A stretch of 64,000 nucleotides of DNA from Cyanophora paradoxa CCMP329. Lineage: Eukaryota > Plantae > Glaucophyta. The stretch lies in contig QPMI01000435.1 of the NCBI GenBank assembly GCA_004431415.1, positions 124,001 to 188,000 on the forward strand, written 5' to 3'. Positions within the stretch are counted from its first letter, which is position 1, and each line of letters starts with the position of its first letter. Below are positions 11,325 through 23,376 of the stretch, piece by piece. Both the position numbers and the translations under genes were made by a program. The notes beneath the pieces are model-generated. The model was not told where the DNA came from. It did no database searches and saw nothing but the letters and a program-made list of their open reading frames with translations.

Positions 11325-14300
11325 ATGCAGAGCGCGTGGCCTGCGCTGCGCGAGACGCTGCGCGCCGTGTCGGAGGCGCTAGCGCTGAGCGGCGCGCATG
11401 TGCCGGCGATTCCCGTCGATCGCGATCGTTCGAGTCGGTGCGCGAAAGCGCCAGTGCGCGCTCGCTCCTCGTCGTTTCGATATGCGCGCTTCGTTGCGCG
11501 GCACAGGTTGCACGAAGTGGAGCGGATCCTGTGCGACGCGCTCCACGCCGACCGCGTTTTCGCGCTAGAACTGTCGAAGGCCGTCCCAGTTGACCCGGCG
11601 CGCCATCTCTACCTGACTGGTCTGATCCTTGAGCCCGCGTGCGCCTTCGAGCGCGCCGACGCCTGGATCTACACGTTTTCGCACCTGATACGAGTCTCGT
11701 GCACAGGTATCCGTACGAGCTCGCCGGCCTGCCCCGCACCTGCCCGACGGAGCTGGAGGACGTGAGAACGGCTTTGCAGACGCAAGGAGTGCCTCCGCGG
11801 CGGGCGCGGGATGTGGTCGAGAAGTTTCAGGCGGGGTGCTGCGCGTGGCAGCCCTGCATCGCGTTCACGAACGTGCGTGCCTCGCATGCAGATTCCGTGT
11901 ACGATGTCTGACGAGAGCGCAGGTGTGGGGCGTGCTAGCCGTTCATCGAGCGGAGGCCGGCCGGCGCTTCGACGAAAACGAGCTCCGCCTGCTCCAGGCG
12001 GTCTCTGACTGTGGTGCGCGCTACTTCGCCTGGGTCCGCCTTGGCCTGCTCCCTAATCTAAGTGCGCAGTCGGCATGTATATGGCGCTCGATGATGCGGC
12101 CGGGGATCCGGAGCCGGCGGCGGCCGCGACTCCTGCAGCTGCGCCTTCGTCTGCCGGATGCCCATTCGCCAGGGCCGCCACGCCAGCGTTGAGATCGAGC
12201 ACCAGCTGCACGACTTGCAGGACAAGGTTCGCCCCATATCTTTGACTTGGTCTCGACTTCGCGCAGCTGCCTTTCTCAGTCGGCCCCGCCTCGACTTCGC
12301 AGTGGCGCGAGTGCTGCCTGGCGATGCAGTGGCGGACGAAAGGCGAGGCCCTAATCTGGGCCCTGGCCCTGGGCATGCGGTCGTGCGCAGGCGCCCTGGC
12401 TGCAGCCCGCGCTGCGGCGCGCGAGCCCGCTGCCTGCACTTCGGACTCTGCTCACCTTCGGCTCGCAGAAAGCCTCTGCTGGCGGTGCTGAACGACGCGC
12501 TGGGGCAAGTGCAGCAGGTATCTTCAACATCTGCGCAATCAAGGTTCATTAGCTCAGTTTTTCGCAGGTCTTCCGCGTGGATTCGATCTGCGTGCGCTCG
12601 CTGGACAAGGCGTGCCTGGTGCGGCAGGCGGGCCGCGTGGATCCCGAAGACTGCACCAACCTCTGGGTCAGCGGCCCGCTGGCGTCTGCGTGTGCTGGCC
12701 TTCGAGCCTCGGTGTCTTACGTATACCGAGCGCAGGCGGTGCTGCGGGGAGGCGGGGGTCCGTCGCAGCCGTGGCCATGCCCACACCGAAGCCTTCCGGC
12801 GGGCGTTCGGTGCCGCATCAGGGTGCGCCCCGTTCTTTCCTGCTGCTCCCACGGTTTTCTCGCGCTTGATCGCGAGTGCCACTCTCAGTATCTCTCGCGC
12901 GTCGGGTGCGCAACGCGCGTGCTGCGGGACTGGGACGAGTGGGACCCGGATATGGACGGGGAGTACGACGCGGTGAGCGGCTCGAGCTCGCGGCCCCCGC
13001 TTCTGCGCCCGACCCGACGCGGCCCCGGCCGTGGCCGGCAGCGTGCGCACGAGGGGATCCGCGAGTTCGGGCGGGCGATGCAGTTCCGGACGGTGGTGGT
13101 CCGCTCGACCAAGCGGGTCTTCGCGGACCCGACGATCGGCCTCGTCAAGTTCGGCTGGGCGCAGCCGCGGGAGATCGGGCGCAGCGAGCTGGAGCAGCTC
13201 GAGCGCTTCGCGGACCACATCTGCTTCATGCACGAGCAGGAGATCAGGAACCTCGAAGCCCAGCGACCAGTGCGCGGGGCCGGGCCCCGCACTGTGCCGC
13301 TCGCTTGCCTGGTCATGACTCGCGGGGCCGGGCGCGCCGGTGCCGGCAGCACGAGGAGCACACGGCGGAACTGGAGCGGCAGCTGAAGTCGGAGGCGCTG
13401 CTGCGCGACATCGCCAGCAGCATCCGCACGTGCGCCCGCCCGCCCGCCCGGCCGCCCGCCGCGGCCACCGGTTTCGATGTCGGCGCCCACTGCGCGGCGC
13501 CGCAGGAAGCTGGACGTGGAGGCGGTGCTGCAGGAGAACCTGGGCCGCGTGCGCGAGCTCTTCCAGGCCGACTTCGTCCGCGTCCACTGGTTCCAGCGCC
13601 TCGACCGGCCCCCGCGCGAGGTCTTCGTCACCCCCGCCGACCTCCGGGTCCGTTCGCTCTGACCTGCGCGTCGCGCCCGCCCTCCCTCGCCGTCTCCTCG
13701 CTCGCTCGCTGAATTTTGGCCGCGGATCCAGTTCACAGCGACGTCGACAGAGGGGGTGCAGGTCGACGCGGAGCCGGCGGTTCAGCCTGAGCTTCCGGCC
13801 GCCTTGCGCTACCGCCTAGATGTGCATCGACGTATTCCTGACGCCGTCCCCGGTCCTCCTGTTGCTGATCACGAGGCGGGCGCAGCGGTTGTTCGCGCAG
13901 CCGGGGCGGGTCTTCTCGTTCCGGGACGTGGCCGCGCGCCACGAGGAGCTGGACGCAGGCTCTCCCGCCAGCTTCGACGTGCGCATGTTTCGCGTCCCTC
14001 CGCGCGAACCGGCGTCTCATTCGCGCGTGGCAGGAGGACCGGGAGGAGGTGCGGGCGGTCATCGACTCCGTGGGCAAGGGCTGCAAGTCCGGCATGGTGT
14101 CGGCGACGGAGTGGGGCGGGCGGCCCACGGGCACCGTCCAGGTCGGCTGGCGGGAGGAGCGCGACGCGACTCCCCACCAGCGCGCCCTCTTCGGCGCGCC
14201 CCAGCCGTACCCCCTCCCCGCGCCGCTCCGCACCGTCCTGGCCTGGCGTCGAAGCTCGCCTGCAGGGGCGATCTGCGACTCGATCGGGCACGCGATCGGG

Positions 14301-17241
14301 CAGTCGGGCCTGCTGCGGGAGATCGCGGCGAAGAACGAGCGGCTCGAGGCGCTCCTCGAGGAGGCGCAGCAGGCCGCCCGCGCCAAGGCCGACTTCCTCT
14401 CCGTCGTCACCCGTGCGCCCTTTAAGTTTCGCTGTGGACTCTGCCTTCGGCGCCGACGCCAACGACCCCTCCCCCAGACGAGATGCGCACGCCGATGCAG
14501 GCGGTGCGCGCCCAAACTCCCGCCCGGCGCTGGACTTGGGCGTCGTCCGCCGCGGGCGTGACGGGCGGGGGCCGGGCGGGGGGCCGGCGGCAGGTGCTGG
14601 GGATCGTGAGCCTGCTGCTGGAGACGCCGCTGAGCAGCGAGCAGCGGGAGCACCTCCTCGTCGCCCAGGCCTCCGGCCAGGCGTAAGCAGGCCGGAGCCC
14701 CGCAGCCGAGCTCGCGGCGAGCCCGCCACAGGGCTCAGATGGCGCGCGCGTGCTCGTGCAGGCTGGTGGACCTGATCGCGGAGGTGCTGGAGGCGAGCGC
14801 GCTGGAGCGCGGCGGGCGCCTCGGCGTCAACGTCGGCCCGTTCGACCTCCGCGCCTGCCTCGAGGAGGCCATGGACATGCTCTGGCCCGTGCGCCCCACG
14901 TCAACAATGAAATCTGTCTGACTGCAGATCGGACTCTGCTCTAGAACTCGAGCTAGCCGTTCTGTCCGCAGGGAGGCCTTCGCGATCGGCCTGACTGACG
15001 CCGACGCCGACGCCGGCCGGCGTGCAGGTGGCGGCACAGAAGGGCGTGTCGCTGCAGATTCGGATGGGGAACGACGTGCCGCGCTTCGTCGCGTCGGACC
15101 GCGGCCGCATCCGCCAGGTCGTCATCAACCTCTGCGGCAGTGCGCGCGGGCGCCCCTCGCGGGGCCCGCGCGCGCAACGCCCACCGGCGCTGGGGGCAGA
15201 CTCGATCAAGTTCTCGGAGGGTGGGCGCATCCTCGTGGACGTCGAAGCCGAGGGCTTCCCCTGCGCCCCGGGCCCCGCCCCGGGCCCCGGCGCGGGCCCC
15301 GGCGCGGGCCCGGCCGCCGCCGGCAGCAAGCTCCTCTTCCGCATCACCGTCACCGGCGAGCCGCCGCGGCTTTGGACTTGGCCTCGGCTCGGCCCTCTCT
15401 GACGGCGGGGCCTCGGGCCGGGCCGGGCCGGGGCAGATTCGGGGAGCGGGATCTCGGAGGAGAACCTGCGGCTCCTCTTCCAGTTCTTCACGCAGCTCGA
15501 CTCCTCCAAGTCCCGCCGCCACCAGGGCCCGCCCCTTCGCCCCCGCCCCTCCCGCTGCGCCGGGCTGACGGGGCGGGGCGGGGCAGGGACGGGTCTGGGG
15601 CTCTACATCAGCCTCCAGATCGCGCGGGCCCTCGAGGGGGACATCCAGGTACCGCCCCCGCCCCCGCCCCGCTCGCCTCCCCCTCCTCATCCCTCTCTCA
15701 GGTCGTCTCGACGCCGGGGACGGGCTCCACCTTCGCCTTCACCTTCCGGGCCGCGGCGCTGCCCGAGGGCGACCCCGCCCTCCCCGCCCTCCGCGCCGCC
15801 TGCCTCGCCGAGGTCCGCCTCGAGCGTCGCCCCCGCGCCGGCCGCGCCCCGGGCTCGAGCGCGCGCGCGTGGGGCCGCGGCAGGGGGACGCGGTGCTGCG
15901 CGGGGCGGCGCTGGTGGTGGCGGTGGACGAGGCGGAGTGGGCGGGGACGGCCACCGCCGACGCCGAGCGCTGGGGCATGCGCCCCGTGCGCGCCGCCACC
16001 GTCGACGCCGTCCTCGAGGTCCGCCAAGCGCGCGCGCGCGGCCGGCGCCGGAGCCGCTGCGAGCGGGGGCGGCGGGGCGCAGGCGGTGCGGCGGGAGGCG
16101 GGGGCGGGGGCGGGGCGGCTGGCGGGCGTCCTCTTTTACATGCCGGGCCTCGTCCCGGAGCAGGAGCTCCCCGCCGTGGCCTCCCGCATCCTCGCCGAGC
16201 TCGCCGGCGCGTCGGGCGGGGGCGAGGGGGGCGGGGCCCTCCCGCCGCCACCCCTGCTCCTCCTCCGCACCTGCGTCGCCGTCGACAGTCGTGCGCCCCG
16301 CCCCGCCCGGCGCTGCCGTGCCCCCGGAGTCCCGTCCGACGCGGATGCCGACGGGGCCAGGGCTGCGGGGGGCGGGGGCGGTGTCGCTGCGGCTGCCGGT
16401 CTCCGAGCGCGTCCTCCACGAGCACCTCGTCAACGCCCTCCGCCCCCCCGGGGCCCCCGCCCCCGGCGACGCCCCCGTCCCCCGCCCCTCGCCCCTCGAG
16501 GCTCCCGCCCGGGCGGAGACGGAGGCCGGGGATGTGGCCGGAGCGCCCGAGAGGCCCTGCGGATTCTCTTCGCGGAGGACACGCCCGTCCGCCCCGCCGC
16601 GCCCGCCCCGCCCGCCCGCCCCCCCCCCCCCCCCCCCCCCCCGGCCCCCTTCTGGCCGCCCGCTTATGATTCGCGCCGCAGACGAACGCGCGGATCATCC
16701 TGATGCTGCTGCGGAGGCAGGGCTACGGGGACGTCGTGCACGTGGAGGACGGCCTGTGGGCGCTGCGGGCGGCGCGCGAGGCGGCGGCGGGGCCCGCCCC
16801 TTCGACGTCCTCCTCTCCGACGTCATGATGGCGCGCCGGCCCGCCTGCCCCCAGCCGCAGCGCGCCCCGCATTCGAATCCCTTCGCAAAGCTAAGCTGCG
16901 CGCGGCCTCGCAGCCGGTGATGGACGGGCTGGAGTCGCTGCGGCGCCTGCGGGCCGAGCTGCCGCCGGGGCGCCTGCCCTACGCCGTCGCCCTCTCCGCC
17001 AACGTGGGGTCCGCGGACCGCCAGCAGTGCGCCGCCGCCGGCTACGACGCCTTCCTCGCCGTGCGCCTCCCCCCCCCCCCGCCACCCGCCCACCCACCCC
17101 GCCTTCTCTGAGCGGCCGCTTCGCGTGTGTGTGGACCCGCAGAAGCCGGTGCGGGGAAGGATCTGGCGGAGGCCCTCGCGGCGGCCTCTGCCGCCCTCCG
17201 CGCCCGCCCCCGCCCGCGCCATGGCCAGGCACTCGATTTAG
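11325..17241 (+). CDS. Soluble hybrid sensor histidine kinase: about 3 GAF domains, HisKA, HATPase, pseudo-receiver and receiver (spliced)
   Basis: H-box AKADFLSVVTHEMRTPM (His codon split by an intron), N-box RIRQVVINLCGNSIKF, G1 DSGSGIS, F-box LFQFFTQ, G2 GTGLGL. Receiver LRILFAEDTP...SDVMMP...ALSAN...AKP. GAF C-termini such as WGVLAVHRAEAGRRFDENELRLLQ. Apparent -1 frameshifts in C-runs near 16555 and 16795 are probably read errors. Confidence 0.92.
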
Positions 17242-19885
17242 GCTTCGAGATTCCGAGTCTTCAAGCTTAAGCCCTAATCCTATTTCGCATGTATCATAGT
17301 AGTATATACACACCACTCCCGCGGCTTCACTTCCACAGAATCCAGACACTGCGTGCACTGGAGCGGCTGCCGGCCGTTCGATCGATGTCCGCAGTGATTC
17401 CGCTTTGCGCGCGACGTTGACCGTCGGACCGTCGACGTCGGAGTCGTGTCGGACAGCTGCGCTGATCATCGGATCGATATCGGACCGGATGGCGCGCTCT
17501 GAGTCTAGTTTATTGAACTTTGTGAACATTAATCTGGACTCCGGGATATCGATATAGATCTAGACGTACTCTAGCTATAGGCTCTAGCCTCTAGCTAGCG
17601 CTGCGCTGCTGCCGGAGCCTGCCGCACTGCGGCCCGCGGCGGGGCAGTCTAGATCTGCGGCAGTCATGATCATGCCAGTCTGCGGCAGTCAGGCCTGAGG
17701 CCTCCCCCCCCCCCCCCCCCCCCCCCCCCCGGCCCCTTCTGGGCCGCCCGCTTATGATTCGCGCCGCAGACGAACGCGCGGATCATCCTGATGCTGCTGC
17801 GGAGGCAGGGCTACGGGGACGTCGTGCACGTGGAGGACGGCCTGCGGGCGCTGCGGGCGGCGCGCGAGGCGGCGGCGGGGCCCCGCCCTTCGACGTCCTC
17901 CTCTCCGACGTCATGATGGCGCGCCGGCCCGCCTGCCCCCAGCCGCAGCGCGCCCCCGCATTCGAATCCCTTCGCAAAGCTAAGCTGCGCGCGGCCTCGC
18001 AGCCGGTGATGGACGGGCTGGAGTCGCTGCGGCGCCTGCGGGCCGAGCTGCCGCCGGGGCGCCTGCCCTACGCCGTCGCCCTCTCCGCCAACGTGGGGTC
18101 CGCGGACCGCCAGCAGTGCGCCGCCGCCGGCTACGACGCCTTCCTCGCCGTGCGCCTCCCCCCCCCCCCGCCACCCGCCCACCCCACCCGCCTTCTCTGA
18201 GCGGCCGCTTCGCGTGTGTGTGGACCCGCAGAAGCCGGTGCGGGGGAAGGATCTGGCGGAGGCCCTCGCGGCGGCCTCTGCCGCCTCCGCGCCCGCCCCC
18301 GCCCCGCGCCATGGCCAGGCACTCGATTTAGGCTTCGAGATTCCGAGTCTTCAAGCTTAAGCCTAATCCTATTTCGCATGTATCATAGTAGTATATACAC
18401 ACCACTCCCGCGGCTTCACTTCCACAGAATCCAGACACTGCGTGCACTGGAGCGGCTGCCGGCCGTTCGATCGATGTCCGCAGTGATTCCGCTTTGCGCG
18501 CGACGTTGACCGTCGGACCGTCGACGTCGGAGTCGTGTCGGACAGCTGCGCTGATCATCGGATCGATATCGGACCGGATGGCGCGCTCTGAGTCTAGTTT
18601 ATTGAACTTTGTGAACATTAATCTGGACTCCGGGATATCGATATAGATCTAGACGTACTCTAGCTATAGGCTCTAGCCTCTAGCTAGCGCTGCGCTGCTG
18701 CCGGAGCCTGCCGCACTGCGGCCCGCGGCGGGGCAGTCTAGATCTGCGGCAGTCATGATCATGCCAGTCTGCGGCAGTCAGGCCTGAGGCTCCCCCCCCC
18801 CCCCCCCCCCCCCCCCCGGCCCCTTCTGGGCCGCCCGCTTATGATTCGCGCCGCAGACGAACGCGCGGATCATCCTGATGCTGCTGCGGAGGCAGGGCTA
18901 CGGGGACGTCGTGCACGTGGAGGACGGCCTGCGGGCGCTGCGGGCGGCGCGCGAGGCGGCGGCGGGGCCCGCCCTTCGACGTCCTCCTCTCCGACGTCAT
19001 GATGGCGCGCCGGCCCCGCCTGCCCCCCAGCCGCAGCGCGCCCCCGCATTCGAATCCCTTCGCAAAGCTAAGCTGCGCGCGGCCTCGCAGCCGGTGATGG
19101 ACGGGCTGGAGTCGCTGCGGCGCCTGCGGGCCGAGCTGCCGCCGGGGCGCCTGCCCTACGCCGTCGCCCTCTCCGCCAACGTGGGGTCCGCGGACCGCCA
19201 GCAGTGCGCCGCCGCCGGCTACGACGCCTTCCTCGCCGTGCGCCCCCCCCCCCCCCCGCCCACCCGCCCACCCCACCCCGCCTTCTCTGAGCGGCCGCTT
19301 CGCGTGTGTGTGGACCCGCAGAAGCCGGTGCGGGGGAAGGATCTGGCGGAGGCCCTCGCGGCGGCCTCTGCCGCCCTCCGCGCCCGCCCCCCGCCCCGCG
19401 CCATGGCCAGGCACTCGATTTAGGCTTCGAGATTCCGAGTCTTCAAGCTTAAGCCCTAATCCTATTTCGCATGTATCATAGTAGTATATACACACCACTC
19501 CCGCGGCTTCACTTCCACAGAATCCAGACACTGCGTGCACTGGAGCGGCTGCCGGCCGTTCGATCGATGTCCGCAGTGATTCCGCTTTGCGCGCGACGTT
19601 GACCGTCGGACCGTCGACGTCGGAGTCGTGTCGGACAGCTGCGCTGATCATCGGATCGATATCGGACCGGATGGCGCGCTCTGAGTCTAGTTTATTGAAC
19701 TTTGTGAACATTAATCTGGACTCCGGGATATCGATATAGATCTAGACGTACTCTAGCTATAGGCTCTAGCCTCTAGCTAGCGCTGCGCTGCTGCCGGAGC
19801 CTGCCGCACTGCGGCCCGCGGCGGGGCAGTCTAGATCTGCGGCAGTCATGATCATGCCAGTCTGCGGCAGTCAGGCCTGAGGCCT

Positions 19886-19916
<31 letters not shown>

Positions 19917-20985
19917 CCCCCTTCTGGGCCGCCCGCTTATGATTCGCGCCGCAGACGAACGCGCGGATCATCCTGATGCTGCTGCGGAGGCAGGGCTACG
20001 GGGACGTCGTGCACGTGGAGGACGGCCTGCGGGCGCTGCGGGCGGCGCGCGAGGCGGCGGCGGGGCCCCGCCCCTTCGACGTCCTCCTCTCCGACGTCAT
20101 GATGGCGCGCCGGCCCCGCCTGCCCCCCAGCCGCAGCGCGCCCCCGCATTCGAATCCCTTCGCAAAGCTAAGCTGCGCGCGGCCTCGCAGCCGGTGATGG
20201 ACGGGCTGGAGTCGCTGCGGCGCCTGCGGGCCGAGCTGCCGCCGGGGCGCCTGCCCTACGCCGTCGCCCTCTCCGCCAACGTGGGGTCCGCGGACCGCCA
20301 GCAGTGCGCCGCCGCCGGCTACGACGCCTTCCTCGCCGTGCGCCCCCCCCCCCCCCCCGCCCACCCGCCCACCCCACCCCGCCTTCTCTGAGCGGCCGCT
20401 TCGCGTGTGTGTGGACCCGCAGAAGCCGGTGCGGGGGAAGGATCTGGCGGAGGCCCTCGCGGCGGCCTCTGCCGCCCTCCGCGCCCGCCCCCCGCCCCGC
20501 GCCATGGCCAGGCACTCGATTTAGGCTTCGAGATTCCGAGTCTTCAAGCTTAAGCCCTAATCCTATTTCGCATGTATCATAGTAGTATATACACACCACT
20601 CCCGCGGCTTCACTTCCACAGAATCCAGACACTGCGTGCACTGGAGCGGCTGCCGGCCGTTCGATCGATGTCCGCAGTGATTCCGCTTTGCGCGCGACGT
20701 TGACCGTCGGACCGTCGACGTCGGAGTCGTGTCGGACAGCTGCGCTGATCATCGGATCGATATCGGACCGGATGGCGCGCTCTGAGTCTAGTTTATTGAA
20801 CTTTGTGAACATTAATCTGGACTCCGGGATATCGATATAGATCTAGACGTACTCTAGCTATAGGCTCTAGCCTCTAGCTAGCGCTGCGCTGCTGCCGGAG
20901 CCTGCCGCACTGCGGCCCGCGGCGGGGCAGTCTAGATCTGCGGCAGTCATGATCATGCCAGTCTGCGGCAGTCAGGCCTGAGGCC

Positions 20986-21020
<35 letters not shown>

Positions 21021-22234
21021 CCCCTTCTGGGCCGCCCGCTTATGATTCGCGCCGCAGACGAACGCGCGGATCATCCTGATGCTGCTGCGGAGGCAGGGCT
21101 ACGGGGACGTCGTGCACGTGGAGGACGGCCTGCGGGCGCTGCGGGCGGCGCGCGAGGCGGCGGCGGGGCCCGCCCCTTCGACGTCCTCCTCTCCGACGTC
21201 ATGATGGCGCGCCGGCCCCGCCTGCCCCCCAGCCGCAGCGCGCCCCCGCATTCGAATCCCTTCGCAAAGCTAAGCTGCGCGCGGCCTCGCAGCCGGTGAT
21301 GGACGGGCTGGAGTCGCTGCGGCGCCTGCGGGCCGAGCTGCCGCCGGGGCGCCTGCCCTACGCCGTCGCCCTCTCCGCCAACGTGGGGTCCGCGGACCGC
21401 CAGCAGTGCGCCGCCGCCGGCTACGACGCCTTCCTCGCCGTGCGCCTCCCCCCCCCCCCCCCCCCCCCCCCCCCCGCCCCACCCCGCCTTCTCTGAGCGG
21501 CCGCTTCGCGTGTGTGTGGACCCGCAGAAGCCGGTGCGGGGGAAGGATCTGGCGGAGGCCCTCGCGGCGGCCTCTGCCGCCCTCCGCGCCCGCCCCCCGC
21601 CCCGCGCCATGGCCAGGCACTCGGTTTAGGCGTCGAGACTCCGAGTCCTCAAGCTTAAGCCCTAATCCTATTTCGCATGTATCATAGTAGTATATACACA
21701 CCACTCCCGCGGCTTCACTTCCACAGAATCCAGACACTGCGTGCACTGGAGCGGCCGCCGGCCGCCGTTCGCGATCGATCGATATCCGAAGTGATTAATA
21801 TATTCCGCTTTGCGCGCGACGTTGACCGTCGGTCCGGCGTCGGACCGTCGACTTCGGACTCAAGTTCGGAGTCGTGTCGGACAGCTGCGCTGATCATCGG
21901 ACCGATATCGGACCGGATGGCGCGCGCGGCGCGCCTCTAGATCTCGAGCTCCGAGTCTAGTTTAATTCAAAGGATTTATTGAACTTTAAATTTGTGAACA
22001 TTAATCTGGATTCTGGACTCCGGGATATCGATATAGATCTAGACGTACTCTACCGGGTAGCTTTAGGCTCTACTAGGCTAGGCTCTAGCTAGCGCTGCAC
22101 TGCTGCGCGGCCGGAGCCTGCCGCACTGCGGGCCAGTCTGCAGCTGCGGCAGTCATGAATCTCATGATCATGCCAGTCTGCTGAGGGCCTGAGGCTGCGG
22201 CATTCAGGCGGCTCAGGAGTCAGGCCTGAGGCCT
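16620..22234 (+). repeat. Five-copy ~1.09-1.10 kb tandem array: last three receiver-domain exons plus 3' flank of the kinase gene, with junctions at poly-C tracts
   Basis: The splice acceptor ttatgattcgcgccgcag|ACGAAC ends at 16681, 17769, 18856, 19954 and 21057. Each junction reads ggcctgaggc(c)t followed by poly-C. The flank of copy 5 is diverged. Confidence 0.95.
17770..21629 (+). pseudogene. Four extra partial receiver-domain copies (17770-18331, 18857-19423, 19955-20524, 21058-21629); gene fragments or alternative terminal exon sets
   Basis: Each encodes TNARIILMLLRRQGY...SDVMM|PVMDGLES...YDAFLA|KPVRGKDL...HS(I/V)* but lacks the first receiver strand (LRILFAED). Confidence 0.75.
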
Positions 22235-22311
22235 CCGCGAGTCCGCGACTCCCGGACCGCAAGACTGCGGGCAGTCTGCGGCGCGACTCGGCGAGTCACT
22301 GAGTACGTCTA

Positions 22312-22398
22312 CCGTAGGTCCGTAGTACGTTTGCGCAGAAAACGCATTAATTAGGGGGCGCATTAATTAAATGCGCGCATTACTTAAGTGTTCTACGG
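22312..22398. mobile_element. Short derivative of the Tc2/pogo-like MITE at 23377
   Basis: TA|CCGTAG...CTACGG|TA ends. The internal gcagaaaacgcattaattagggggcgcattaat matches the right half of the 23377-23665 element. Confidence 0.6.
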
Positions 22399-22619
22399 TA
22401 CTGCCTTGCCTCCGGCGCGGCGGCGCCTCCGCAGCAGCGCACTGAGCGCAGGCCTGAGGCCTCCGCAGGCCGAGCTTCGAGCCTTCGACCCGACTACCAG
22501 CATAGTAGTAGGCTAGTACCAGGTAGGAGCGCGGGGTATTAGCACCTGCAGAGAGACTAGTAGGCTAGTAGTAGCTAAAGTGTGCTATATATATGAACCT
22601 GGTATAATGTATGCTGCTG

Positions 22620-23360
22620 GTATTACGCGTGAGTCGCGCGCGTCGTCAGTGACTCGTCACCGGCGTGACGGATCCGGGATCCGGACTCCGGAGCCCGGAT
22701 CCGCGGGGCCGCGAGCGTTACGGAATCATTGATCGATGGCGCCGGCGCCGGCCCGGACCGTGACTCCGATCCGCGAGTCCGTGACTCAGTGGCCCCCGTC
22801 GCCGGCCGGCGCCGCCGGCGCCGCGCCGCGGCCGCCGGCCGGCCGCCGGCGCCGGGCCGGCGCCGGCCGCCGCCGGGCGCGCCCGGCCGGCCGCGGCCGG
22901 CCGCGCGGGGCCGGGGCCGCGGCCCGCGGGGCGCGCGCGGCGGCGCCGGCGCGGCGCCGGCGGCGGCGCGGCCCGCGCGAGCCCGCCGGCCCGGCGCCGG
23001 GCCGCGGGCCGCGGCCCGCGGCCGGGTGCGCGGCCGTACGCGTGCGCCCGGCGGCCGCGCGGCCGGCGCGGCGCTGCGGCGCCGCGGCGGCTGCGCATGC
23101 GCGCGTCGAGTCGCCGTCGACTCGGCGAGTCGCCGCGCGCGAGGCCCGCGACGAGTCGCCGACTCGGCGAGTCGACGGCGACGAGTCGCCGACGTCGACG
23201 ACTCGCCGGCGACTCGGCGCCGAGTCGGCGGCGACTCCGGCGAGTCGACGTCGCCGCGCCGTCGACGGTCCGGTCGACTCGCGAATCAGAGTCGCGATCG
23301 GCGACTCCGCCGCCGATCGCGAGTCTGCGACGTCAAGACTCAAGGGCCCAAGGGCCAAGG
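22620..23360. repeat. Low-complexity palindromic block: GGATCC/GAGTC-rich flanks around a G/C-only core
   Basis: 22800-22979 contains no A or T and is built from GCCGGC, GGCGCC, CCGCGG and CGGCCG. 23100-23340 is dominated by GAGTC, GACTC and GTCGAC. Confidence 0.85.
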
Positions 23361-23376
23361 CCCTGAAGTAGTACTA

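Noticed and set aside
12876-12900. CHSQYL in the kinase ORF resembles the phytochrome bilin-attachment motif CHxQY
   Set aside because: CHSQ falls in the 3' end of a predicted 66-nt intron (...actctcag|TAT) and lies at the wrong position in the GAF fold. It would matter only if that in-frame intron were retained.
16545-16960. Frameshifts suggesting the kinase is a pseudogene
   Set aside because: They are single-base differences in C/G homopolymers; copy 4 of the same exon is in frame, so read error is more likely.
16891-20812. Repeated minus-strand ORFs starting MFTKFNKLDSERAIRS
   Set aside because: Antisense to the kinase 3' flank; they recur only because of the tandem array, vary in frame between copies and are disrupted in copy 5.
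16620-22234. Array as a CRISPR or LTR structure
   Set aside because: The units are ~1.1-kb gene fragments with no unique spacers, no TG...CA ends and no retroelement ORFs.
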